Shown here: one piece after another, positions 26,381-36,252 of the stretch | Layout of the letters: every line of letters begins with the position of its first letter | Position numbering within the stretch: the stretch's first letter is position 1 | Source of the DNA: Candidatus Nealsonbacteria bacterium | GTDB taxonomy: Bacteria; Patescibacteriota; Minisyncoccia; Minisyncoccales; JAGMDC01 | DNA length: 36,252 nucleotides | Direction of reading: 5' to 3' | Assembly: GCA_030643485.1 (NCBI GenBank) | Contig: DAOWLG010000030.1 | Span: 1 to 36,252 of the forward strand | Notes under the pieces: generated by a model | Database searches by the model: none | What the model was told of the DNA's origin: nothing | Seen by the model: the letters and a program-made list of their open reading frames with translations, nothing else | Translations under genes and position numbers: made by a program

Positions 26381-28000
26381 ATGGTTTTTGATTTTTCTTT
26401 AATTACTAATATTGCTGTATTTTTAATTAACGCCATTGATATCTGGCTAATTTTTCTTATTTACTCGGCTAATTCTAAAAAGAAAATCAATAAAACATTT
26501 ATTATGATGGCATTTTTTATGCTTATTTGGGTTGATTTTGCCTATTTTGCGAGATTGTCCAGTCAATCCAATGTAGCTCTTTTTTGGATAAAAATAGCTT
26601 GGGCAGTTACTATTCCTCTTTTTGCCACACTTTATTTTTTTGTGATTCACTTTATCAAGGAAGAAAAGAAGCATAAAATTCTTAACAAAATTGTTTTATC
26701 TATTGGGGTATTCTCTTTTTTTATTACTCTTTTTACTGATTTAATTGTTAAAGACATAAAATCTAAGCAGGTATGGTCAAAATTGATATACGGCGATGCA
26801 ATTATGGTATTTTATGGGTTAGTGCTTTTTTTATCGTTTTTAATCTTATTTTTTTTATTAAAAAAATATTTCCATTTTTCAAAAGTTGAGAAAGTGAAAA
26901 CGCAATACTTCTTGATTGGGATTTTAATTTTTTTGTTCATGAATATGGTATTTAATATAATTTATCCTTTCTTTTTAGGTATTTCAAAATATTATCAATT
27001 AGGCGATTATTCAACTGTAGTTCCTCTTTGCTTTATCGCTTATGCAATTACGAGACACAAACTAATGGGGATAAAACCTCTTCTATCATCTATATTAGTA
27101 GCTTTGATTGCTATATTGCTAGCATTAGATATTTTCATCTTTACTCCAAATTTTTTTCTTCAACTCTTTAAGGGTTTAATTTTTGTAATATTTCTTTACT
27201 TTGGGTATTTATTGGTTAAGAGTGTTTTAGATAAAATTAAAAGGAGCGAGGAACTGGAGCGGTTGGATTTTGAATTGGCAAGGGCAAATGCTGAACTGAA
27301 AAGAATTAGCAGAAGCAAGACAGAGTTTATTTCTATGGCTTCGCATCAGTTGCGAACACCTTTAGCCGCAATCAAGGGGTATAGTTCAATGTTGGTGGAA
27401 GGCGATTATGGAAAATTTGAGAAAAAAGGAGAAAGGGTTTTGAAAAATATTTTAATCTCCACTGAACGATTGATTAAAATTATTAATGATTTATTAAATA
27501 TCTCCCGACTTGAATTAGGAAAATTGAAATTAGAAAAAAATCCCTGTGAAATAGAGGAAATTATTGAGAATGTATACAAAGAAATGAAACCAAGGTCCCA
27601 GCAAAAGAAATTGAATTTTATATGGAAGAAACCTAAAATTTCCCTGCCAAAAATTAATATAGATGAACTAAAAATAAGACAGGTCTTATATAATATAGTA
27701 GATAATGCTATAAAATATACCAACAGCGGTAATATATCTATAACGTTAAAACCAAAACAAAAAGGCAGGGTTATTATAGAAATTAGAGATACTGGCGAAG
27801 GGCTAACCATGGAAGAGCAAAGCAAAATTTTTCAGAGTTTTACCCGGGGCGCGGCTGGTTTTACTTATTGGGTTCAGGGAACCGGTTTAGGACTTCACCT
27901 TGCCAAAAAGTTTGTTGAAATGCACCACGGTAGAATATGGGTTGAGAGCCAAGGCAAGGGTAAAGGTAGCACCTTTTATATTGAGTTGCCAGTGGGGTGA
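26381..28000 (+). CDS. Sensor histidine kinase with multi-TM (HisKA_7TM-like) input domain
   Basis: About 9 TM helices; SHQLRTPL H-box, NAIKYT, DTGEG, GTGLGL, GKGSTF. Confidence 0.92.
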   Translation: MVFDFSLITNIAVFLINAIDIWLIFLIYSANSKKKINKTFIMMAFFMLIWVDFAYFARLSSQSNVALFWIKIAWAVTIPLFATLYFFVIHFIKEEKKHKILNKIVLSIGVFSFFITLFTDLIVKDIKSKQVWSKLIYGDAIMVFYGLVLFLSFLILFFLLKKYFHFSKVEKVKTQYFLIGILIFLFMNMVFNIIYPFFLGISKYYQLGDYSTVVPLCFIAYAITRHKLMGIKPLLSSILVALIAILLALDIFIFTPNFFLQLFKGLIFVIFLYFGYLLVKSVLDKIKRSEELERLDFELARANAELKRISRSKTEFISMASHQLRTPLAAIKGYSSMLVEGDYGKFEKKGERVLKNILISTERLIKIINDLLNISRLELGKLKLEKNPCEIEEIIENVYKEMKPRSQQKKLNFIWKKPKISLPKINIDELKIRQVLYNIVDNAIKYTNSGNISITLKPKQKGRVIIEIRDTGEGLTMEEQSKIFQSFTRGAAGFTYWVQGTGLGLHLAKKFVEMHHGRIWVESQGKGKGSTFYIELPVG

Positions 28001-28012
28001 TAAACAGGGCTA

Positions 28013-28102
28013 TTGATTTTGAAATTTTAATAGTATAAAATAAAGTTGGTCGGGAGGATAGCACTCACTAAAGACTTAGAATTGGGGTCAACTCTCCCGG
28101 CC
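28013..28102 (+). promoter_or_regulatory. pilB promoter and structured 5' leader
   Basis: TTGATT-17-TAAAAT (28013-41); GGTCGGGAG(28048-56) pairs with CTCCCGGCC(28094-102). Confidence 0.55.
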
Positions 28103-28120
28103 ATCTTAAAAATTTTCATT

Positions 28121-29839
28121 ATGACTTTAATTAAACAATTAATACAAAAAGGGATTTTGGACAAAGAAAAAGCTTTAATTGTAGAAGATGAATCTAAATC
28201 CTCTGACAAGAAAATAGAAGAAATAATTTTGGACAAGAATTTTGTGCCAGAGGAAATTTTATTTCGTATAAAAAGCCAGAACTTAAAAATGCCTTTAAGG
28301 GAAGTTACGCCTGAGGATGTGCCTTTGAAAATTTTAGAACTAATCCCGGAAGAATCAGCAAGATATTACAAAATGATTCCATTAAATCGCACTGATAAAA
28401 TTTTAGAGGTTGGAATGGTATATCCTGAGGACTTAAAAACCAAAGAGGCGCTAAAATTTTTAGCAAGAGAAGGGAAATTTAGTTATCAGATTTCTTTAAT
28501 TACTTTAACTTCGTTCAGTAACATCTTAAAACAATATAAAACCCTGCGGCGGGAAGTTAGCAGGGCTTTAGAGGAATTAGAGACAGAACTCAAAACAGAT
28601 AAAAGAAAAACCTTAAAAGCCAGTATGGTGGAAAGGATAGCGGAAGAGGCCCCTATTACCAAGATGGTAGCAGTGATGTTAAGGTATGCAGTAGATAGAA
28701 ATGCATCAGATATTCACATTGAGCCAACTAAAGAAAAATTGAGGATAAGGTTTCGGTTAGATGGAATTCTGCATTCCAGTTTATTTTTGCCAATTAAGGT
28801 GCATTCCGCTGTGGTTGCGCGAATAAAAATTCTTTCTAATTTGAAAATTGACGAAGCCAGAATTCCGCAGGATGGCAGATTTTCCGCTAAAATTAATGAA
28901 AGAGATGTTGACTTCAGGGTTTCAACTTTCCCTACTACATTAGGAGAGAAAGTAGTGATGAGGGTTCTTGACCCTACTCATGGGCTGAAAGATTTTGAGA
29001 AATTAGGGTTAAATCAAAGAGACATTAAGATATTAAAGGCAACTATAAAAAAACCTTATGGATTGATATTATCTACCGGTCCCACTGGCTGCGGCAAAAG
29101 CACTACCTTGTACACTATTTTACAAATCTTAAATAAAGAAGAATCAAACATCATCACATTAGAAGACCCTGTAGAATATTTTTTGGAAGGCGTTAATCAG
29201 TCCCAAATCAGGCCGGAAATTGGCTATAGTTTTGCCCAAGGCCTCCGTCATATGTTAAGGCAGGACCCGGATATTATTATGGTAGGAGAAATTAGAGATG
29301 AAGAGACCGCGGCATTGGCTATTCATGCAGCGTTAACCGGCCATATTGTGTTATCTACGCTTCACACCACTAATGTTTTAGGAGTAATACCACGGTTGAT
29401 TGATTTGGGCGTAGCACCTTTTCTTATTCCTGCAAGCTTGAGATTATCTTTGGCTCAACGTTTAACAAGAAAACTTTGTGTTTTTTGTAAACAAAAGAAA
29501 AGACCAAATCTAAAAATTAAACAAATGATTGTAAAAGAAATGAGATCTTTGCCAAAGTCCTGGCAGGAGAAGATAAATTTTTCGGATTTATGGATTTGGG
29601 AGCCAAAAGGCTGCAAAAAGTGCAGGCAGGAAGGTTATGTCGGACGGCTTGCCGTTTTTGAAACTTTAGAAATGACTAATCAATTAGCAGATGTTACATT
29701 AAAGGAGCCTTCTGAAGTAAAAATAAGAGAAGAAGCGTTGCGACAAGGAATAATTACTATGAAGCAAGACGGAATCATAAAAGCGTTAAGAGGCGAGACC
29801 TCTATTGAGGAGATATTAAGAGTAGCGGAAGAGAAGTAA
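28121..29839 (+). CDS. pilB: Type IV pilus assembly ATPase (GspE/PilB)
   Basis: ASDIHIEP, PQDGRF, GPTGCGKSTT, TLEDPVEY, LRQDPD, GHIVLSTLHT, tetra-Cys; start MTLIKQL. Confidence 0.93.
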   Translation: MTLIKQLIQKGILDKEKALIVEDESKSSDKKIEEIILDKNFVPEEILFRIKSQNLKMPLREVTPEDVPLKILELIPEESARYYKMIPLNRTDKILEVGMVYPEDLKTKEALKFLAREGKFSYQISLITLTSFSNILKQYKTLRREVSRALEELETELKTDKRKTLKASMVERIAEEAPITKMVAVMLRYAVDRNASDIHIEPTKEKLRIRFRLDGILHSSLFLPIKVHSAVVARIKILSNLKIDEARIPQDGRFSAKINERDVDFRVSTFPTTLGEKVVMRVLDPTHGLKDFEKLGLNQRDIKILKATIKKPYGLILSTGPTGCGKSTTLYTILQILNKEESNIITLEDPVEYFLEGVNQSQIRPEIGYSFAQGLRHMLRQDPDIIMVGEIRDEETAALAIHAALTGHIVLSTLHTTNVLGVIPRLIDLGVAPFLIPASLRLSLAQRLTRKLCVFCKQKKRPNLKIKQMIVKEMRSLPKSWQEKINFSDLWIWEPKGCKKCRQEGYVGRLAVFETLEMTNQLADVTLKEPSEVKIREEALRQGIITMKQDGIIKALRGETSIEEILRVAEEK

Positions 29840-29840
29840 T

Positions 29841-29977
29841 AAATTATCAATTATCAATTTTCAATTATCAATCAATTATCAAACTCCAATTTTCAAACGA
29901 TAATAAGATTTATTAAATTTTTTGAAAATTGAAAATTGGAATTTGATTGAAAATTGGTCATTGAAAATTGAAAATTT
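29841..29977. repeat. AT-rich quasi-palindrome D of heptamer units, copy 1
   Basis: (AATTWTC)n arm facing a (GAAAATT)n arm, between pilB and pilT. Confidence 0.85.
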
Positions 29978-29987
29978 TAAGTCAATT

Positions 29988-31058
29988 ATGGTTTTATATC
30001 AAACACAACTTAAACAATTATTATCCCTAACCCTGCAACAAAATGCTTCGGATTTGCATATATCTTCAGGACATCCTCCTATTCTAAGAAAGGGTGGCAA
30101 TTTGGTTTTGGTGCCTAATAGAAATAAATTGTCAGCGAGAGATACCGAGGGCTTAGCTTTTGCTTTAATGAATGAAGAGCAGAAACAAAGATTTTTGGAA
30201 CAAAAAGAAATTGATTTTTCTTTCCATTTAGAAGACAAGGCAAGATTTCGGATTAATGTTTTTTTTCAAAAAGGAACCATTTCCTGCTCTTTGCGGCTAA
30301 TCCCTAAAAAAATCAGAACTATTGAAGAATTAAATCTTCCTTCTGATTTGCGTAAATTTATTGAACCCACGCAAGGATTTGTGCTTATCACTGGACCTTC
30401 TTCGCATGGAAAGTCCACCACTTTAGCCGCTTTAATTGATGAGATAAATCATAGCCGGGCAGAGCATATTATCACTATTGAGGACCCTATTGAATATCTT
30501 TTTGAAGAAGATAAATCTATTATTGACCAGAGAGAGATTGGCAAGGATAGTTTGAGTTTTGCCAAGGCATTACGTTCCACTTTTCGGCAAGATCCTGATA
30601 TAATAATGGTGGGAGAGATGAGGGATCCGGAAACCATTGCCACCGCGATTACCGCAGCAGAGACCGGCCATCTGGTTTTTGCCACTCTGCATACTAATTC
30701 TGCGGCGCAGACTATTCACCGCATAGTGGATAGTTTTTCCAGCGAACAGCAATCACAAATTAGGGCTCAGTTATCCGGTTCTTTATTAGGAGTGGTTTCT
30801 CAACGTTTAATTCCCGGGATTAAGGGCGGTTTATTTCCTGCGTGCGAAATAATGTTCGCTAATCCAGCAGTGTCAAATTTGATACGAGAAAATAAAGTTC
30901 ATGAACTTCCTATGGTTATTGAAACATCTAAAGAGCTCGGAATGAATTCCTTAAATCGGGCTTTGGCTGAACTGTCAAAACAAAATAAAATTTCCTTAGA
31001 AAACGCCTTGGCTTATTCTTTAGACACTAAAGGGTTAAAGGCGCTCCTTAGAAATTAA
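29988..31058 (+). CDS. pilT: Type IV pilus retraction ATPase
   Basis: ASDLHI, RFRINVF, GPSSHGKSTT, TIEDPIE, RQDPD..GEMRD, AETGHLV..TLHT, LIRE. Confidence 0.93.
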   Translation: MVLYQTQLKQLLSLTLQQNASDLHISSGHPPILRKGGNLVLVPNRNKLSARDTEGLAFALMNEEQKQRFLEQKEIDFSFHLEDKARFRINVFFQKGTISCSLRLIPKKIRTIEELNLPSDLRKFIEPTQGFVLITGPSSHGKSTTLAALIDEINHSRAEHIITIEDPIEYLFEEDKSIIDQREIGKDSLSFAKALRSTFRQDPDIIMVGEMRDPETIATAITAAETGHLVFATLHTNSAAQTIHRIVDSFSSEQQSQIRAQLSGSLLGVVSQRLIPGIKGGLFPACEIMFANPAVSNLIRENKVHELPMVIETSKELGMNSLNRALAELSKQNKISLENALAYSLDTKGLKALLRN

Positions 31059-31062
31059 TCCT

Positions 31063-32271
31063 ATGAAGTATTTTTATCAAGCAAGAACAAAAGAAGGAGA
31101 AGTTCGTTCCGGAACCGTGGAAGCCGCATCTCGAGAAGCGGCTTTAGAGGTTTTGCAAAAACATAATTTATTTATTACTGCTTTAGAATCGGCTAAGACG
31201 CAACCGGTTTTATCAAGGAAAATAACTTTTTTTGAAAGGGTTTCCAGAAAAGATATAGTTAATTTTTCAAGACAGTTATCAATTATGTTTAAGTCAAATG
31301 TTTCTTTATTGGAATCGTTGGAGACCATAGCCGAACAAGTAAAAAAAAGTGTTTTCAAGGAAAAAATTTTGGGATTGGCAAGCCAAATAAGAGGAGGAAC
31401 TTCTTTTTCCAAGGCGCTTAGTAGTGAGCCAAAACTTTTTTCCGGTTTTTATGTTAGTATGATTAAGTCAGGCGAGATATCTGGCTCTCTTTCAGACAGT
31501 TTAGATTATTTGGCTGACCATTTGGAAAGGGAATATAATCTTTCTTCTTCTATAAAAGGAGCAATGATTTATCCCGCTTTGGTAATATCCGTAATGATTG
31601 CAGTGCTGACTATTATGATGGTTTTTGTTATTCCAAGTCTCACGGAGACCCTGGAAGCCAGCGGACAGGAACTTCCTTTTGTTACAAAATTAGTAATAAT
31701 GGCTTCTGACTTTATGAGAAATCAAGGATGGATTTTTATCGTGTTTTTGGTTATTTTTGGCATCATTGGTTTTCGGTTCGCTAAAAGTAAAAGGGGCTTA
31801 AAATTTTTAGATAAAATTTCGTTATCATTGCCGCTTATCGGAAATTTTGTTAAAAAAGTGAACTTGTCTACTTTTGCAGAAAATCTTTCTACTTTAATTG
31901 GCGGTGGCGTGCCTATTACTCAGGCATTAGATATTACCGGCTCAATAGTAAAAAATTCCGTTTATAAAAAAATTATTAAAATAGCCAGAGACGAAGTGGA
32001 AAAGGGAGAGACCATAAGCTCGGTTCTTGTTAGGTTTCCCAAAGCATTTCCTCCCATGTTTTGCCAAATGATTTCAGTAGGAGAAAAAACAGGTAGTTTA
32101 GATAAGACATTAATGAATGTTGTGAGTTTTTATCAAAAAGAAGTGGACAGAACAATTAAGTCAATGTTGAGCATACTGGAGCCAATGTTAGTGGTGTTTT
32201 TGGGTTTAATTGTGGCAGGCATTATGGCCGCAGTTATGCTGCCTATGTATCAGATGATGGGCTCAATATAG
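31063..32271 (+). CDS. pilC: Type IV pilus platform protein (GspF/PilC)
   Basis: FSRQL, GE.SG.L, AMIYP, GEKTGSLD, LEP...PMY. Confidence 0.93.
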   Translation: MKYFYQARTKEGEVRSGTVEAASREAALEVLQKHNLFITALESAKTQPVLSRKITFFERVSRKDIVNFSRQLSIMFKSNVSLLESLETIAEQVKKSVFKEKILGLASQIRGGTSFSKALSSEPKLFSGFYVSMIKSGEISGSLSDSLDYLADHLEREYNLSSSIKGAMIYPALVISVMIAVLTIMMVFVIPSLTETLEASGQELPFVTKLVIMASDFMRNQGWIFIVFLVIFGIIGFRFAKSKRGLKFLDKISLSLPLIGNFVKKVNLSTFAENLSTLIGGGVPITQALDITGSIVKNSVYKKIIKIARDEVEKGETISSVLVRFPKAFPPMFCQMISVGEKTGSLDKTLMNVVSFYQKEVDRTIKSMLSILEPMLVVFLGLIVAGIMAAVMLPMYQMMGSI

Positions 32272-32275
32272 AAAT

Positions 32276-32408
32276 AATTTTCAATTTTCAATGACCAATT
32301 TTCAATGAATTTTCAATGATTCAATTTTCAATTAAAAAATTAATTGATTTGTTTGAAAATTGAAAATTGATAATTGATTGGTAATTGAAAATTGATAATT
32401 GAAAATTT
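32276..32408. repeat. AT-rich quasi-palindrome D, copy 2 (inverted relative to copy 1)
   Basis: 32276-32306 is the exact reverse complement of 29946-29976; 32367-32408 matches the reverse complement of 29841-29882 at 40/42. Confidence 0.88.
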
Positions 32409-33311
32409 ATGCAGGTATTCGTTATTATTGACGGTAATGCCTTAGTCCATAGGGCTTTTCACGCTCTTCCGGAATTAACCACGAAAACAGGCGAAATAGT
32501 GAATGCGGTTTATGGATTTTTATTGGGATTTTTCAAAGTTATCAAGGAATTACAACCGAATTATTTAGTAGCAACCTTTGACACCGCGCCGCCAACTTTT
32601 CGGCATAAGATGTTCAAAGAATATAAAGCAACAAGAAAGAAGGCACCGCAATCTTTATACGACCAAATTCCCAAAATTAAAGACATTTTGAATTCTTTTA
32701 ATGTTCCTATCTTTGAAAAGCAGGGCTTTGAAGCAGATGATTTAATCGCTACTATTTCAGAGAGAGCGGAGCAACAGTCACAAGAAGCAGAAAAAGCAAC
32801 AGAAATTTATATTTTAACAGGTGATTTGGACGCGCTTCAACTTGTAAATGAAAATATTAAAGTTTATACTTTTAGCAAAGGGATAAAATCTCCGAAAATT
32901 TATGACCTGGAAAAAGTAAAGAAACGGTTTGAACTTTTGCCGAACCAGATAATTGATTTTAAGGCGTTAGCAGGCGACGCTTCTGATAATATCCCCGGTG
33001 CTTCGGGCATAGGCGGAAAGACCGCTACTGAATTATTGAAAGAATATAAGAATATTAAAAATCTTTATCAAAATCTAAAAAAAGGAGAAGCATGGGATAT
33101 TAAATCAAAAACCAAAGAAACTTTATTAAAATACAAGGACAAAGTTTTTCTTTCTTATAAATTAGCAAAAGTAGATAGAAATGTTCCAATTGATTTTAAT
33201 TTAGAAAAATGCCAATGGATAGCGCCCTCTTTGAAACCGAAAACCAAAGAAAAAGTGAGCCAAATTTTAACTACCTATGGTTTTTTTAGTTTAATTAAAC
33301 GGATACCATAA
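32409..33311 (+). CDS. Stand-alone 5'-3' exonuclease (PolA N-terminal/FEN domain)
   Basis: IDGNALVHRAFHA, YKATR, FEADD, TGDLD..QL, GDASDNIPG..GIG.KTA; no polymerase domain. Confidence 0.93.
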   Translation: MQVFVIIDGNALVHRAFHALPELTTKTGEIVNAVYGFLLGFFKVIKELQPNYLVATFDTAPPTFRHKMFKEYKATRKKAPQSLYDQIPKIKDILNSFNVPIFEKQGFEADDLIATISERAEQQSQEAEKATEIYILTGDLDALQLVNENIKVYTFSKGIKSPKIYDLEKVKKRFELLPNQIIDFKALAGDASDNIPGASGIGGKTATELLKEYKNIKNLYQNLKKGEAWDIKSKTKETLLKYKDKVFLSYKLAKVDRNVPIDFNLEKCQWIAPSLKPKTKEKVSQILTTYGFFSLIKRIP

Positions 33312-33349
33312 TCAATAATTAATCCAAGGGTAAACTTTGACTATTTTTT

Positions 33350-35152
33350 ATGAAACGTTATTCCCTCTACACTGTTGTTCCCATAGTTTTTTTAGTCCTG
33401 ATATCGGTTAATTTTGCCGTTATTTCTTTTTCAGTGGAAAGACATGAGAATGATCTTTTAGAAGCTGCTGTTGAAGAAAAAATTCATTTGGCAGAAACCA
33501 TAAATCAAGGTATTACTTCACTTACCTGGACTAATTTGCCTATGATAAAAGAAACCTTTGTTACAGAAATGGCAAATTTTCAAGATGTGCGTTATATACG
33601 GATAGTAAACAGCGACGGAACTATTTATCAAAGCAGCATTAAAGGAGAGAGTGGTCAGTTTCTTGATAATAAGGATATTTCCAGAGTAATAAGCAGTGGA
33701 AAAGAAATAGTAAAAGATGACTTCTATGAAAATGAATTTATAAAATTGGTTATTTTTCCCGGGCATCAAGATGTAACTATCTGGATAGGATTTACCTTGG
33801 ACGCGGTCCAAGAGACAATTCAGAATATATGGTTCAGAGATATTTTAATCATTTTGAGTATTTTAGGTTTTTCCATTTTGGCTCTCTTGATGATTTTATA
33901 CAATATCATTAATCCTTTATCAGAGATAACTTTTGCCTGTAAAAAGGTGATGAAAGGGAATTTAGATGTTAAAATTCCGGTCACTTCTCAGACCGAAATT
34001 GGGGAATTAGCTGTTACTTTTAATAAGACCATAGCCGCATTAAAGGAAAGTTATAGTTCCTTGACTAAAGCCAATCAGCAAACCGAGGAAGAAAAAAATA
34101 AAACATTAGCTATTATCAGGAATTTTGATGATGGACTTTTATTCTTTGATGAAGAAAATGAACTTGCCTTAGTTAACCCTCAAGCCGAGCTTTTTTTAGG
34201 AGTTAAGGCAAGGAAAATAATAAAGAAACCTGTTTTAGAACTCACCAAGATTGAACCTCTGAAAAAAATAATTCAGATTTCCGGCCGTCGTTCGCCTACG
34301 ACTCTAAAAATCAAAAAAGTAATTAGAAAAGAATTATTCATGGGACCGGATTTAATTTTAGAGGGTTCTGTTATCCCCATATTAAGAAAAAGAAAATTCC
34401 GCGCTACTGGCAGGAGAGCGGGAACTTTAGTAATTTTTCACGATGTTACCAGAGAAAAAAGAATTGAGCGAATGAAAACAGAATTTGTTTCTATTGCCGC
34501 TCATCAATTAAGAACCCCTTTGTCAGCTATAAAATGGACCCTAAAAATGCTTTTAACGGGTGACATGGGAAAGGTTTCTAAAAAACAAAAGGAGTTTATG
34601 GAAAAAACCTATAAGAGTAATGAGAGAATGATTACCCTTATCAATGACCTTTTGGATGTAAGCAGGATTGAAGAGGGTAAGCATCTCTATAAAAAAATTC
34701 CCTCTGATATTGAAAAAATATGTAAAAATGTGATAAAATTATATAAAAGAGAAATAAAGGAAAAAGCCCTTGAATTCAAATTTATAACACCCGGGAAATT
34801 ACCTAAAGTCATGGTAGATAAAGAAAAAATAGAAATAGCCATTAAAAATATTTTTGAAAACGCTATAAGATATACTCCTCCTAAAGGGAAAGTGGCAATT
34901 TCTTTAGCCACTGGTAAAAAACAAATAGAAGTTTCTATTAGCGATACCGGGGTTGGTATCCCTGAAAACCAGCAACATCGGCTATTTACTAAATTTTTTA
35001 GAGGGGCTAATATAATAAGAATGGAGACAGAAGGAACCGGACTGGGTTTATTTATTGCTAAAAACATTATTGAGGCGCATAAGGGGCGGATTTGGTTTGA
35101 ATCACAAGAAGGAAAGGGATCTACTTTTTATCTCACATTACCAATAGTTTGA
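33350..35152 (+). CDS. Sensor histidine kinase (2 TM, HAMP, PAS, HisKA, HATPase)
   Basis: NPL...EIGELA.TFN HAMP, VNPQAE..LG PAS, AHQLRTPL, NAIRYT, DTGVGI, GTGLGL. Confidence 0.93.
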   Translation: MKRYSLYTVVPIVFLVLISVNFAVISFSVERHENDLLEAAVEEKIHLAETINQGITSLTWTNLPMIKETFVTEMANFQDVRYIRIVNSDGTIYQSSIKGESGQFLDNKDISRVISSGKEIVKDDFYENEFIKLVIFPGHQDVTIWIGFTLDAVQETIQNIWFRDILIILSILGFSILALLMILYNIINPLSEITFACKKVMKGNLDVKIPVTSQTEIGELAVTFNKTIAALKESYSSLTKANQQTEEEKNKTLAIIRNFDDGLLFFDEENELALVNPQAELFLGVKARKIIKKPVLELTKIEPLKKIIQISGRRSPTTLKIKKVIRKELFMGPDLILEGSVIPILRKRKFRATGRRAGTLVIFHDVTREKRIERMKTEFVSIAAHQLRTPLSAIKWTLKMLLTGDMGKVSKKQKEFMEKTYKSNERMITLINDLLDVSRIEEGKHLYKKIPSDIEKICKNVIKLYKREIKEKALEFKFITPGKLPKVMVDKEKIEIAIKNIFENAIRYTPPKGKVAISLATGKKQIEVSISDTGVGIPENQQHRLFTKFFRGANIIRMETEGTGLGLFIAKNIIEAHKGRIWFESQEGKGSTFYLTLPIV

Positions 35153-35180
35153 GTGTTGGACAATTCAACGGTCTAATATA

Positions 35181-36252
<1,072 letters not shown>

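Noticed and set aside
29922-29987. N-terminal extension of PilT (MKIENWNLIENW...)
   Set aside because: It is a translation of repeat D; the ATG at 29988 is the better start. The upstream starts at 28046, 20539, 21837 and 24406 were trimmed similarly.

Overview
AT-rich bacterial chromosome segment whose gene content points to a Patescibacteria/CPR (Parcubacteria-like) genome using the standard genetic code (inference). Left to right: the 5' end of an IS30 transposase; a surface operon (secreted protein, dockerin protein with an in-frame TGA, cohesin-TSP1-TM anchor); a repeat-punctuated defence island (radC, type III R-M with a nonsense codon in res, type IIG remnant, three-gene HicAB-like module, XRE/DUF4065-RelE, Fic); housekeeping genes (ychF, purB, frameshifted purC, RRM protein, NifX-like protein, permeases, ArsR, short recQ, DUF5320, SPFH); a metallopeptidase followed by an isoprenoid-synthase-fold (ComQ-like) gene coupled to a multi-TM histidine kinase; pilB-pilT-pilC, a 5'-3' exonuclease, a second kinase, a pilX-like pilin and the start of ligA. 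At least four palindromic repeat families occur. The strongest candidates for new biology are (1) the prenyltransferase-fold enzyme + receptor kinase, possibly with a 30-aa peptide, as a ComQXP-like signalling cassette; (2) REPIN-like palindromes inserted in frame twice in ligA; (3) the repeat-delimited defence cassettes, including a possible chaperone-antitoxin-toxin triad. All product calls come from motif recognition by eye; no searches were run.
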